From positions 3,162,001 through 3,226,000 of the forward strand of contig CAKKNE010000002.1 in assembly GCA_918797485.1 (NCBI GenBank): a stretch of DNA of 64,000 bases. Reading direction: 5' to 3'. This DNA comes from Pelagomonas calceolata (taxonomy: Eukaryota). The notes under the pieces are model-generated. The model was not told where the DNA came from. It ran no database searches and saw nothing but the letters and a program-made list of their open reading frames with translations. Below, piece after piece: positions 26,101 to 33,070 of the stretch. The position numbers were made by a program, and so were the translations under genes. Within the stretch, counting starts at the first letter, position 1; each line of letters opens with the position of its first letter.

Positions 26101-26353
26101 GGGGGCGGGCGGTGTCCGTGTCAGTGGTTTGGAGTTGAGCGGCGGCGAGTTCGACAATGACATGATGACTCTACGCGACGGCGCGCCCCAACCAGTCACG
26201 CTCTGGGTCCGCGGAGGCGACCAGGAAGACGGCTACGACCTTCCGCTGTATACGGCGGCAACACGCGGCGAGCTCTGCGCGACGCTCCGCGTCCGGACGG
26301 CCTGTCCCGACGACCTGGCGCTGCGGGGGTGTGCGCTCGTCGTTTCTCTCTAA
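11177..26353 (+). CDS. Highly divergent dynein heavy chain-like protein (about 5058 aa)
   Basis: LKNPNFKQRHW, FPRFYYLTDLEL, VEVWLSNLEKEM, WIVCDGP, four P-loop remnants, CLRPDRF, GSWILLRHAQL and WAPGLFRPTAF occur in dynein order; first ATG at 11177. Confidence 0.85.
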   Translation: MDTTMRSQSADGPRKLPRLEPADVLTATFPHLKRSAAVEALANSPPSSPVTKGEKKVFRPTATAAAALTNETGTDTVKFFAKAGSKHPTKFVCLVGEDGLRREAAERAAMYEAIAAKAAESRLFKGEKPLPPKKLTPLPVTQKDVRDRVVQDFQPYNLRKVNLIQSEAAAKKHHKIYSMTATALVQLQPGPGQALKLQDWAWAKSCFKVLRESFKIFRYARELRLLYRWKLFTRRSIHERLKQNFEKKCLLARMSFVEPILEIMAAAREARQVELLDLTGKRAPLIDAPPRSPSQDIEDRDFEQEPETYRDKDAVFERGVDRQTMHLCPVARARKKALRLEDEVKTMKEAPPLQISDPSDGQPLVGPSMASPTKSRDAVASEAYVARALELDVFERAQELARDDGTAILERCVHRAADAVQKARDNAHTLVERDDAIKIKAEEQRLLDQAGGVDATDGQQFRKDLSMAEERQIVDERKALVRREREERVLVGTLAELADCVLVASLSQACLTATKAFRDRLDIARSTKQGLFEVHVSFTTTSVEPPLPPARGLAQPTLFPSLELLAPVDEEKKRKAKEEPLRTELEWRGKANNVTDSQISEANDGADILKGVSDVQSDLEDDQKAAILCRGMGGTKYTPEPSDVQHAAEHVLHQAIDDVDALLRITAMWPFCDDVEASKAGDEEWRRSLKANHAADICRNRWLRAAEDIQEVKSQEAEVRSQMSADSPTAPSTTMTDVTLPHHGLVKAIVLADSGFQDDSRVILKEILQSFAECDEFVISLDPVRSIVDTIPAVAAHTPSEGAIFGESLQRYGKNPKCWRLLAVAASVDARAVFRDASRMERWRLELSKIAAKGYCGAVECSTRGLRRDLATQARLKRAAARASARRVCRGHAVAALAAARSFRSLLEDQPHPLRAYARHAAHVTSCRAFGLPALEVLEKSVRRIHQVTRRASLLEDGFDLGVPGEDKPINRERKAAALERVQHVLGDDGHDITFEAEKCLRLLDEELNLRPGAQKAHATWLVQRLESAHDEVDELVSKCRGQARAVARALSGPRFCAADVERYQQPMQVLDDVDGQGRKLNAAEDGRKKLQHLRRLLDFLKLKDGIVPEPLPRGVDREIAGDARAARAFMGRSQLLWTMVARWAQVYDTWVSSPLTAFDGTEMDAESRLFASESQDLEARLFEPPSIDEDYYLTIERRSVPGDVTQIGRPDKKADEAFHARGGGAAQRLVRETRQFRELAPVILDLKNPNFKQRHWSRVAKLLVPSAQVPIKINPHETSLGDLLDIGVEKHAQQVSQIARDATAEARIEASVKNMADAWRSAEVPVIAIPQGDDCDTDDEDEHTYELGPLDELHALCSDHRAALRAVALGSHGESLAPLISAWRRRLDRLAEAMGVADSLERKLRVLGPTLAGEKDGALKHAYHRYRSVDKRWRLFLKSLYAKPLPERFITDEGERSDTSKKRVEEHVSKEDRLAFEIPDEPSDAKLNRWRDDAVILDDLRDELKTHLEEKREAFPRFYYLTDLELVTALGNLRNRGSETLRYVVLALPQLFDGVRTVDRAVENEDDDASIGSLGSQPPPKGRRPQLIGSLVDTHKERLVLLKPVRVWRGVEVWLSNLEKEMRHALRASFAEAKSSKRSKKVTTCAQVALLVQRVKWTRDVEFAIDASLKRNDLSAWDDLAATYKQDAKEKAEILRSPHVADDVSRAARSKNEVLLLVALQHRECITSLKEYAQHIKSDQDWCWQSLLRFYATDKKKKKKADDEDEDDPLTLDAHAKQTDFITPINLEYVGSWRRTVWTPLAGRCVLGLTAALKAIRGACVVGGHGCGKRELVANLATELWARCVVREPSHFGVACDGESLARAVGHLFAGTAATGAWFVLALGSLQHRPGGSDLVRSLLKAVAANLEVFAGAVAKKAETVSFAGRAVPLPSIKLRPGQLAPLPPLVCVTLGDGEASRALDHGLALSLRPVRLASPDISRVVCGGLIARGFHTSEALQAGSDISVALQLCLDAELGEKPEDGHPRRHHLLARWGMRSALMVVREAERLRETGEEERVCICRAARRLLPRALRGSTDDETATLAIVDSVMGSSDDRDDDDGDATSQTYSFIEKAFMEACGGRPSFLQSQCAARLLAATQVGMGVALVGPAGCGKSLCIHAAANADATKTVVASVAPGALPLEDCFGTASGSQGCVLSRLVKLAERRRRKVGGDAWIVCDGPLEACWTEALAASISSLTAKAVAAELAGSSKVAVRILIETDALGHASPATVGRLGVVCLPSFREDANQAIERARAFCSRNLRGTMKDAVDACLQQYCPLNAALAVASKVDAWLDRGGAYPFSDTATSSPSEDDMRRTQGFATLVCALLEKDVDSTDLVAVRVAVAWALAWGVLGRALACGETDDVQEPIHKDCSAWLHEHVNAGDDKRIEEACAGPAPRPDLQMFAPWSALADLRREAAEAKRLKATHVVSSYVVAPTPRLERAVFVGRCFLRGMRGGVCCIEGVAGTGRTTITEALCSRERHNVKKVHCHATTTSTGSLLKRMLAQFTQIRKQPYADEDDDGSLERDAIIGPQQRQKLLLVVDDCSLPQQTSESDSITRERHGGLDETLRALLDRGAWHDNMKDEPAAADASLSGGLVPPVLRHVSDVLALVVARPNELSARLRRHLPSIPLMRPGTQELATVFTDCIRAAHPDFENKSGDLAKASLACASVYKRLSEDPDAPSSLPPALCLAARIARGAVYLEPNQTTLKLRRGLAHELQRELRDGLPFAMRDDYDEAVKLEGLLAKEDRIVVNNNGWSYADRADGLPKLESRLAQKKLEAAMTDDARASMTKKGISHARHAHAADVFDDDEDEHGPPSIERFAAHYQRNFDDAREVKGLPASPLAPLEKGTGHAVHITRACRALAREGVPLVQAGVRGVGRRSVADVACHIVGVEEIVHASPPPVPHHVDARHRSSVREGCGQVAPHAMHEDEDEDFKDPDQIWNDLLREAILDAGRNRKICIILSDGQWAHSAITARRLDDVLSALQTGTVANPLVVWPEDEAKIVSDYLNSKQEDKDDHGGDTTTAALTAFRDRVKRSLRVVVNVAPDDAFGRGAAHDAATQALKRLLPHATLNLYHKIEGEKALVSLAERCLGCGREWRLAAPESEPLVAWLVRHGDDPRYALRDDADPDLAPSLEGYAQRCANELRTHLSSLRCVRAFARKDGFKVRRIQRHWRRAKDHSFRHLNLMGKLTEMRKAADLVRMRGAASQRSEAALVCVKTFLARQEAPNVPPPSLIALRSQLALTARIAMIRGTRLRAVENRVATALDKLKQSRIQAEYLRLESVASQAIADARYEESQVMQVLLNKCADGVDDALAKMNRQESIKKRTLDARQRMLRAHMKTLGTATLEQLETSTAQIIKHAPCDPTVNGGEMPHAKAIQRCLEALSAFLLDEEPRAQKGWDSFTSTTFPATMRSWFNQACKAAAGQFDAGVTKRLKAWKKGIGYAERIMNDPALAPSQIRKMSTAGHQVGIPVSVFVRAGCAFFRAASSPPSLAAWATACDACKADDDAQHDLDVCRDGHHTSETARDAAQYLLDESRRVSSECSTHATDLVNRHTAALARFGELESTRWRWDGRNAWLAAHHAHLNHEAACAAAVASFAGGLPSAENARKNFVDEVRKLCAVFPSSLEVHASLHVQVPRSSMKALAPLSDDDVCDIGGQGEGGSAFRRWDNQGLLPGGIEGAVAFGAAAVEAERSRVVVMCDSLGDGARWLCASYCRARPKPGQRSLCRVFVDRGGGASVIPCHATGEQLRRPVSPTRAAARKAEEARETAPPLVLALREAVKGDPDVILVDLPDACLQKGLLRELLEPLEPLLRARHDSVRVATARAPLARCLRMVYGPASSAPEPVAPTGGPRLVFRIAAPAGAVQSALGTPANDCRHALSLVDFAPELEEAAQRLAAFGLIGVDDGPFVGAYDKAAEFRDKAFLAALAARDDDDDVLDIAIDMDPKALCAAAPKPPKGKSASSAQFKLQAKQNAPKIVAAARRRSGVERRAVQADEKFQKARLHVEEGEKALLPLARTYAQVVAACDGVCGPGAYNAAAQRARRATAPFADHLLRFAAVAKFLETDDATWSETDAAEARRAAFDLERPRLLAADVAPVALALALRAADDSDTKRKLLDQTLDVQAVVDRYRSRSKDSLTVLAWLDGEVVAEAPAPAACAPACAPACAPAPAPASLVTEAPAPARDPWPDAETRKRLATTEAALPELRGLCETIHENEEKWRSETPEEYLDTVPGNAVAKLLVLRCLRPDRFVAGCKLHAKRCLGDDGAPHVAVPTPASQWPPSPSEEADPGTAAAVALRVAGACRAAACDRPVLILRTAACEDDAVALRPAIAAAARLWAAPEGPPNVVELSLGSAFRCDAAATKLAESRVTGSWILLRHAQLAEDWLPSLLAQYDQLDAQVLDRAARFREQVQEFLDEGKGEKQAVALATAAGPREGVLSGGITYDAPAKAPHARHRLILEMVVPPGYSTETCRAPRDLAKRCICVATAPPASLRQRLVWGVADGGGALSSTKLYQRLSDEQQRMGYAQVLLHALIRTRRDFGGRGFSHRVTPGQAAWCAWAALAVRQAPGASCNALGAKAHTKVDTEGGQDAWGRTFDATRGERRGGGRKDGDEPCWSLGVGDRFPATKDARAQLALGDINAAYANIDHARLSRAERCDSAVSAALGRIALKCSDAAAAYQVPDWEKAPDARGQKSWDGVLQWIRSLDDRIDAQLVGFGESEARAVNECEERAVAASAARAAATRGAVKRWRRVRAAFAIGQDAKMSAAMAAGTVAAVARACRGDPSDTAEPVDEAWAAARRRERTCFDDLLDLVSRTLADRDVRAALEVGETPKAWARATRHASDVRGDAYSRLDGDERSAAEAVPKLNDWLGHLRKVRAQFRAWPRGGPPEVAWAPGLFRPTAFFAQIRGHSSVLVASSGAGGVRVSGLELSGGEFDNDMMTLRDGAPQPVTLWVRGGDQEDGYDLPLYTAATRGELCATLRVRTACPDDLALRGCALVVSL

Positions 26354-26635
26354 CTTGAATGTGTAGTCTTATTCTAAGAGTCGCTCAAAAGAAAAAAGTA
26401 TAAAACTCGCGCGATAAAAATAAGTAATTATTCCGGGGCTGCCCCATCTAGCTCTATCGTCTGCTGCCACCTGGGTGGTGGCCCAGCTGCGATGGCCGAA
26501 CGGGAGACCGAGGTGATGGCCGAGGGCGTGGTCGTCGCGTCTAGTCCTGTCCACCTCCCGTGTTTTGCGCAAATTCGCACCCCGAGATCTCATTTCCTAG
26601 TATTCAGTATTCAGCTTTAGCGTAAGCGTTTCTTA

Positions 26636-29119
26636 CTAGCTCCTCCCGAACGTCGACAGCGACGACACGCCGAGCCGGAGCCGCTCGGACAGGTCGTTGG
26701 ACGACGCCGCGGCCGGCGGCGGGCTCTGCGATCGGACCTGCTCCTCGGCCGCAGATCTAGCAGTCGCCGCGTCGGCCCCAAACGTCTCGAGCGTGAACGC
26801 GATCTCGGCGCGCTTCATGCCTTTCACAGCGCACACGCGCGCCAGGTCTTTCTCGGAGCCGTCAGGCCACATAATCTTGAAGCGCTCCACCAACGCGTCC
26901 GTCGGCGTGCCCACGAGTTTTAGTAAAGTTTCGACCTTGGCGCTCTCTGATAGTATAAATTTGTTGTACGCGGCCGGCGCCGGAGGTGATGACTCGTCTC
27001 CCATGGTTGGCAGTGCCAACAGAGCGGGCTTCAGGGAATGCAGATCCAACAATAACTGATGCGTGCCCATCTCGTTGATGCGTTTTTGGGTTCTTATGAG
27101 ATCATAATATTTCGCGAAAAACGCGGAAGCAAACTTGTCGCAAAAGTTGCGGAAGTATAGAGGAGACAGCAACGCCCTAACCGCGGGCGCCACCCGCTTG
27201 ATCGCCTTCACGACGTCGCCCACGTACACGCTTTCTTCGTCGATCGTGTCGAGGACGCCCCATTTTGCGGTCTTAGCTTTGCGCAAGGCAGGCGCGATCG
27301 CGGTCTCCAACGCCCCGACCACTTTCGTGACCGCTCTGGCAACCACATCATGGAACGCGTCCTCCACTTGAGTGAGATCGACCCTTTCTCGGTACTGGTC
27401 GTCGATCTTACCTCGCACGATCTCGGCCAGCTGCCCCGCGGTCTCGGCGCAGTATTCCGCCGTGTTCAAACAGTAGCAGGCCGCCTCCGCATCATTAATC
27501 GCGAGGTCCTCGCCATCCGACTCGTTCTGCTCGGTTTGATGCCGCTTCATGGCATCTAACAAAACGCGCGCCCCTCGCGACGAGGACTTTTGTTGTTGCG
27601 GCGCGTCCACAACATCTAGCAAACCCCCAAGCCGCGCCGCATAACTCTTCAAACACTCACCAAAGGCTCGGTGGAGTTTAAAGAAGGTCTGGCCCGTCGT
27701 TAACGCGGTACACCGCCTCACGCTCGTCTTGATATAAGCAAACACATGCACGGAAGAAGCCAGCACCGGCAGAGCCCCGTCCCGGTCCACGGCGTCCTCG
27801 GACACGGTCCGTTGGAGCACATCCTCCAAATTCTGCTTCTCCAATGAAATATAACCGTCCATGAACGGGTCAAAAACACTACTCAGTGCACCTAAGATTT
27901 TTGTTCTCGCGAGCCCGTCTTCTTCCTCTTTGGCTCGCTTGTCCTCCTGCACCCGTTGTAACTGCGCATCGGTCAGGTGGTCCTCGTTGATTTCACTCTC
28001 CTCAGAAGGAGGCTCCCTTCTCAGTGCGGCTTCGTCATCTTCCACCGACTGCTGGGCCTCCTTCTCGAAGACCAAGGCTTTCTGGAGAGCTGTGAGCACG
28101 GGCGCGACGCCCTCGTTCTCTCCGGATGATAGGACATCGAGGAGCATTTCTCGTGATCTTGCTGCAAACGCTAATACTAATCGTTTCTCGACGCGCCATT
28201 TCGCGGGTAGTTTGACGGCGTAGGTCTCCCGGTACTTCTTGAGCACTCGCCGGATCCAGGCGAAGCGCCGATCCACATTTTCTAGTGTAGAATCTTCACC
28301 ACCCTTCGGGAACAGTTTTCGATAGGGCTGCAATTGCCTCGCCACAAAGGCCGAGACCTGCCTTTCTCGAGCCGCAGGACCCAGAGCATCGACAACGAGA
28401 CAGCAGTCCCGCAAGCCCCCATACGCATCAAAACCATCAATGGTGCTATTCTCGGACAATATCGAGGCCTTCTCAAAGGCCCCGAAGACCTCTTGTTTTA
28501 ACCTAGAACGCACCTGTTCCACGTCTTGCGACAAGGACGCCACCCGTGGCACGTTCCCGAAGGGCGCAAAATAAGTTTCCAAGTGGCCGATGGCATCTAA
28601 CAGGTTGGCCGCCTCGCCGTACCTCTTTTGTGCTACCGCGTCTTTGAGTTGCGCGGACGCCGCATGAAGCATGTGGAGCCGTTTTAAAGCTGTTATCGTT
28701 CTCTGTAGATTCCGTTTCGCGCGATCTAGATCTTTTATATCTGCACAAATTTCCCTGACCAAGTTCTCGCTCTCCGAGGCCTTGGTCTTGATGGACGCGA
28801 CCCGTGTGCAAAGTTCGGCCATGGCCTCGCGCGCCGTCGCGATGTCCTTCGTCGCTCGTGCGCCCGCTTCGGCCTGGGCGTGGACCGCTTTACTAATCTC
28901 CAGATCTAGTTGTGATACTTGTTCCGCGGCGTCCTCGATGCGTGGTTCGAGCGACGGCAAGGACCGCTCGTTCGGAAACAACACGTTTAGATACGCGACC
29001 GGGTCAAAATCAGTGGCATCTAGTGGATCTTCGCTCGGCAGCACGTCCGCCAAATTCTGTTGCTGCTGGTCGGACATCGAGGGCAGCTTGCGCGGCGGGT
29101 CCGTCGCGGGGGCGGCCAT
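26636..29119 (-). CDS. VPS53: GARP/EARP complex subunit Vps53
   Basis: DPLDATDFDPVAYLNVLFPNERSL, EICADIKDLDRAKRNLQRTITALKRLHML, LNTAEYC, QLLLDLHSLK. Confidence 0.92.
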   Translation of the reverse strand: MAAPATDPPRKLPSMSDQQQQNLADVLPSEDPLDATDFDPVAYLNVLFPNERSLPSLEPRIEDAAEQVSQLDLEISKAVHAQAEAGARATKDIATAREAMAELCTRVASIKTKASESENLVREICADIKDLDRAKRNLQRTITALKRLHMLHAASAQLKDAVAQKRYGEAANLLDAIGHLETYFAPFGNVPRVASLSQDVEQVRSRLKQEVFGAFEKASILSENSTIDGFDAYGGLRDCCLVVDALGPAARERQVSAFVARQLQPYRKLFPKGGEDSTLENVDRRFAWIRRVLKKYRETYAVKLPAKWRVEKRLVLAFAARSREMLLDVLSSGENEGVAPVLTALQKALVFEKEAQQSVEDDEAALRREPPSEESEINEDHLTDAQLQRVQEDKRAKEEEDGLARTKILGALSSVFDPFMDGYISLEKQNLEDVLQRTVSEDAVDRDGALPVLASSVHVFAYIKTSVRRCTALTTGQTFFKLHRAFGECLKSYAARLGGLLDVVDAPQQQKSSSRGARVLLDAMKRHQTEQNESDGEDLAINDAEAACYCLNTAEYCAETAGQLAEIVRGKIDDQYRERVDLTQVEDAFHDVVARAVTKVVGALETAIAPALRKAKTAKWGVLDTIDEESVYVGDVVKAIKRVAPAVRALLSPLYFRNFCDKFASAFFAKYYDLIRTQKRINEMGTHQLLLDLHSLKPALLALPTMGDESSPPAPAAYNKFILSESAKVETLLKLVGTPTDALVERFKIMWPDGSEKDLARVCAVKGMKRAEIAFTLETFGADAATARSAAEEQVRSQSPPPAAASSNDLSERLRLGVSSLSTFGRS

Positions 29120-29380
29120 GTTATGTTGTTTCTTCTACTATGTGCTGCCGCTGGTCTGCCGCGAGGTTGGCTTCTGTTGTAGCGCTCGTCTGCTGGTCGC
29201 GCACGGGTGCGTCGCGTCGCGCCAGGCGGTGGTCCAGCCGAGGTGAGGGTTACGAGCTGGCAGCTTGCACGGTTTGAGCGCGGTGTCAGCTGGCGATCTG
29301 TAGAGCAATAGAAATCGCATTCAGAGCCTATGAAACGGCAGGCGCGCGGAGGCCGCGAGCGCGACCTGGACCAAAATTGC

Positions 29381-29404
29381 GCTAGCGGCCTGTAAGACAC
29401 TAGC
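29381..29404 (+). promoter_or_regulatory. Upstream CTAG-box motif
   Basis: GCTAGCGGCCTGTAAGACACTAGC, upstream of VPS53. Confidence 0.7.
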
Positions 29405-29539
29405 AATCAGGCGGGTTTTGAGCGTTTTTACGCGGTCAAGCGCTGACGCGCGGTCCCCCCGAGGCGAGGCTCCTCCGACGAGTCCTACTCCACCCGCCAC
29501 GCCGTCGCCGCGGCGCACTGGAATCGACATCGTAGCAAC

Positions 29540-30655
29540 TTAGCTCCCCCGCGTCGGCTCCCACGGCCGCTGCGGGATCTGCGCGCGCGCCCGATCTCTC
29601 AACACGCAGAGCATCTCGCGCTTGTATTTTTCTTGGGACGGCCGCTTGCTCAGACACGACCAGGGCCCCTCGCCGAGCTCCCTATCTTTGTCATCTTCCC
29701 TAATGAGCGCGACGTTCTGTGTGAGTTCCGGCGTGTTGTCGCCGATGTCGCAGATCTTGTACGCGCGCGTGCAGAGCATGCGGTTGATGCGCGTCGCGAC
29801 GTCGCTATTCCTTAAACCTTTGTCCTTCTGGAACATCGTGGGTGGCGCCACGGCCGGCGAGACCTTGGCCGTCGTCCTTCTAGAGCGTTTTGTCGAGGTC
29901 AGCGACTTGCGCGAAGCTGTTTGAGAACCGCCGAAGCCCACTCTAAGAGGCTTCCTCGCAACTAAGGGATACATGACGCGCATCTTTTTAATGCGGTCCT
30001 CGCGAAAGGCCAACACGCGCTGCTGCATCTCGTGGAAGCGCATGGTCCCGTCCGGCGACGTCTCCACCCCTTCAAAGATGTCCCTGACCTCATCTTTTGA
30101 CAACTGCGGCATGAGGCCCTTGCCCCGCTTCGACTTCATACGCGCGTCAGCTTGACTTATCAATTCGTTCTGCTGCTCCTCACTCAACGTGCATAGGGCC
30201 CTCCCTTCTGAGACGTAAACCTGCAGGCAGTCCTCCCTTTCAAACTGGTGGCACATCGCGTCTAATTCCCACCTCCCCAAAACATGCTGGCCCTTCGGGC
30301 CACTTCGTAACTGCTGCTGTCGGTCTAACGGTCCATAGAACCCAAATGCGTACAATCTTCCAGTGGACAGCGGGTGGTAGAGGTCCGCCGGGAAGACGAA
30401 GCTGATGAGGTCGTCGATCGACACTAAACTCTCTGGATTTTCACCCTCGAAGCCCGTTAACGCGAACCTTGTGCGCTGGGGCTCCGGCTCCTGGTCTAGG
30501 TCCGGCGCGGCCTCGGCGGTCTCGGGCCGGCTGCCCTGGGCTGAGCCCTGGGCTGATTCCTGGGCCGTCGCGGGCCGGCTGCCTTCCTGGCTGCCCTGGG
30601 CCGTCGCGGGCCGGCTGGGGTCGGCCTCCTCCGGTGCCGCTTCCGCGTCGGCCAT
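29540..30655 (-). CDS. Hypothetical protein with N-terminal SRPATAQ repeats and a possible degenerate EF-hand
   Basis: 371-aa ORF with good ATG context; EVRDIFEGVETSPDGTMRFHEM resembles an EF-hand loop. Confidence 0.6.
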   Translation of the reverse strand: MADAEAAPEEADPSRPATAQGSQEGSRPATAQESAQGSAQGSRPETAEAAPDLDQEPEPQRTRFALTGFEGENPESLVSIDDLISFVFPADLYHPLSTGRLYAFGFYGPLDRQQQLRSGPKGQHVLGRWELDAMCHQFEREDCLQVYVSEGRALCTLSEEQQNELISQADARMKSKRGKGLMPQLSKDEVRDIFEGVETSPDGTMRFHEMQQRVLAFREDRIKKMRVMYPLVARKPLRVGFGGSQTASRKSLTSTKRSRRTTAKVSPAVAPPTMFQKDKGLRNSDVATRINRMLCTRAYKICDIGDNTPELTQNVALIREDDKDRELGEGPWSCLSKRPSQEKYKREMLCVLRDRARAQIPQRPWEPTRGS

Positions 30656-30803
30656 GGCTCTTCGTGCTCCTTTGCGGCTGCCCTTCGCGGCGCTGCGAGT
30701 TGCGAGCGGCTGTACGTGAGGCTAGTGGAGTCGGTCTGGGCGTCGAATAAACGGCCTGAACTGGCTCAGGGAAGTGTTCCTTGGTCCTAGACGTGCGGGT
30801 TTC

Positions 30804-30825
30804 GCTAGCGGAGTGAGACACTAGC
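30804..30825 (+). promoter_or_regulatory. Upstream CTAG-box motif (22-nt variant)
   Basis: GCTAGCGGAGTGAGACACTAGC, between divergent genes. Confidence 0.6.
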
Positions 30826-31053
30826 GTTTCCCGACTCGTTTGCTCCGGCGGGTCGTTTGAACCGCTACAGCAGAAGCGGTGAAGACTGATCAGTGATATA
30901 CAAAGCCAGGCAGTGCGCGCATCTTTGAAAAACGCGAATTGCAGCGAAACTCCGCTGAACGGCCGCAAAAGTGAGTTGCCACACACACTGACTTGCTCGC
31001 AGCACTGATAGCTCCGTTACTGATTCCCCGTCACGCGCTGGAAACCGTGAACC

Positions 31054-32640
31054 ATGCTCGACCCACTGCTGCGCTACGCTATAGCGGCAGCCATCGCGGC
31101 GACGGCCGGCCGCGGCCTCGTGCGGCGCGGCCAGCACGCGGCGTTGTTTCCGGCACCGGCGGGCCTGCTCGACGCGGCTCTGGACCACGGCGATTCAAAG
31201 TTCGGACGGACGAGCCGCACGGAGGTCCTCGGCTCGCTCGCGGCACGCATCGACGAAAACGGGCGCACGACCGCGGACGAGACGGCCTACGCCGATGCGG
31301 CGCTGCGGCTGGCGCGCGACGCAGAATTACTCTTCGCCGCGCGGCGGCTGCGGGCGGCGCGGCGCCGCGGCGCGCGAGCCAAGCCCAACGCCTTATCAGA
31401 GGATCTGGCGGAACCGCTGGCGTCCATCGGCGCGGCGGAGAAGGTGCTCAGCGCGCGGCCGCTCGATGAAGACTGGCAGGCGCGGAACTGGGCGCGCGAG
31501 GCTCGTGCTCTCGCGGCGGACATTTTGGGGGTCGACGAGACTACTCCTGTGAAGCTCGTCGCAGCGGCGCGCCAGCGGTTCCAGGAGGTCGCGGGCGACG
31601 CCGACGCGACGTACCTCCGCTATCAGGGCCGGCGCAAGGCCGCGGTGCGGGTGGTTTGTTGCGTCGCCGCGGCGCGCGGCGGCCTCGCGCTGCGCCGCTT
31701 CGCCCGGAGCCAGGGCGGCGTGCGCGCGGTCGCGGGGCGCGTCGCCGTGACGACCAAAGAGATTATTGAAAGACGCCTGATCGTGCCGGCCGTCGAGGTC
31801 CTTGCCGATCTACTGTCTCCCTCGAAAGAGCACCTGATGGCCGACCCTCAAAGCCTCCGTCAGGCCGAAGCGACGCTCGAGGCGATGCTGACGGACTGGC
31901 TCCGGGACCGGGAGTCTACCTTGTCATCTGACGAGATCGCCGCGCTCGCCAAAAAAGGGGACCTCACGTCCGTCGGCGAGACTTTGGCCGCGGAGACGCG
32001 CAAGCCTCTGACGGGATTAATCAGCGGTGCTGACACGGTGTCCCTACATAACCCTCACGCCGTCGCCGCGACCCGTCGACTCGCCTCCGCAGGCAACATC
32101 GTCCGCGCGCTCCTGATCCAGTTGCAAGCGTCGGCGCGCGACGCGCAAGTGGCCTTGGCGGCGGTCGACGACTTATTGGCTGCCCAGACGGTGACGATCC
32201 GCGCCCTCGCGCTCGTGCCCGCGCTACTACTCCTGGTGCTGCTTACCAAGGGCGTCAGGATCCTGTTCCTGGCGCTGTTCTCCCGGTCGGTCAAGCGCAC
32301 GGACGACGTTAAGAGCGAAGCGGCGGCCACCCTCCAGGAGATGCAGCGCATCGCTCTATTGGCCCGCGACGACAGCGAGCCGCTCTCGGACGTCGCGCTG
32401 GGCGCGCTGGCCGTCGAGACGTTCGCGCTCTCCAATTTGCTCCGAGTGCACCGCGCCCGCTTCAAGCCGGCGCGGCTCCGGCGCCTCGACCGCGCCCTGC
32501 GGGACCTGTTCGCGCCGCTGCCCGCGCGGGCCGTCGTCGCGGCGCTCGACGCGCTCGAGCGCGACCACGCCTTTCTCCGACTCGCGAACGCGCGCGAGCC
32601 GCCGCCGCCGCTGACGCTCGTGTGGAGGGACTCCCCGTAG
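31054..32640 (+). CDS. NCA2 (nuclear control of ATPase 2)-like membrane protein, one in-frame intron
   Basis: G-x2-VRALLIQLQ...ALAAVDDLLAAQ...LALVPA matches my recollection of the NCA2 C-terminal pattern. Confidence 0.65.
   Translation: MLDPLLRYAIAAAIAATAGRGLVRRGQHAALFPAPAGLLDAALDHGDSKFGRTSRTEVLGSLAARIDENGRTTADETAYADAALRLARDAELLFAARRLRAARRRGARAKPNALSEDLAEPLASIGAAEKVLSARPLDEDWQARNWAREARALAADILGVDETTPVKLVAAARQRFQEVAGDADATYLRYQGRRKAAVRVVCCVAAARGGLALRRFARSQGGVRAVAGRVAVTTKEIIERRLIVPAVEVLADLLSPSKEHLMADPQSLRQAEATLEAMLTDWLRDRESTLSSDEIAALAKKGDLTSVGETLAAETRKPLTGLISGADTVSLHNPHAVAATRRLASAGNIVRALLIQLQASARDAQVALAAVDDLLAAQTVTIRALALVPALLLLVLLTKGVRILFLALFSRSVKRTDDVKSEAAATLQEMQRIALLARDDSEPLSDVALGALAVETFALSNLLRVHRARFKPARLRRLDRALRDLFAPLPARAVVAALDALERDHAFLRLANAREPPPPLTLVWRDSP
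32027..32092 (+). other. Putative 66-nt in-frame GT-AG intron
   Basis: g|gtgctg...ctccgcag|gc; removal gives LISG-NIVRALLIQ; contains CACGCCGTCGCCGCGAC. Confidence 0.65.
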
Positions 32641-32683
32641 TGTGCAAGTGTTGTAAGCAAATTATTATTATGATATACTATGT

Positions 32684-33070
32684 TCACGGGAACGATAGCG
32701 AGTCTGATGTGTAAAATCTTCGTGCAGTGGACGTACCAAAAGCCGGCATGAACTTCGTGAAGAAGAACTTGAGGAAGCCGCTGATCGTGTACTCGGGCGT
32801 TCCACTTCTTCTCGGCGCTTCCTCGGCGACCTGCTTCTGGTACTTGAAGACTGCGTAGACGAAGACGAAGCCTGCGAGGGCGACGTCCTCAGAGCGCGCG
32901 TAGGCGACGGACGACTCGAAACGGCAAAATTATCGATTTGGGCGCCGCGGCTCGCAGAAGCCCGCGATCATCACGAAGGGGATTAGGCGAATTACGAGGT
33001 CCCACGCGCCGGACGCGCCGAGCGCCGCCGCCGCGGCCAACGCCACAGCTGCTCCAGCAATTTCGATCAT
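32684..33070 (-). CDS. Small membrane protein, exons 33070-32962 and 32871-32684 (5' end uncertain)
   Basis: Splicing yields a continuous hydrophobic helix IPFVMIAGFVFVYAVFKY; exon 2 has host codon bias. Confidence 0.5.
32872..32961 (-). mobile_element. Introner-like GC-AG intron: 86-bp element with 7-bp TIRs plus 4-bp TSD
   Basis: Minus strand reads GCTT-CTGCGAG...CTCGCAG-GCTT. Confidence 0.55.
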
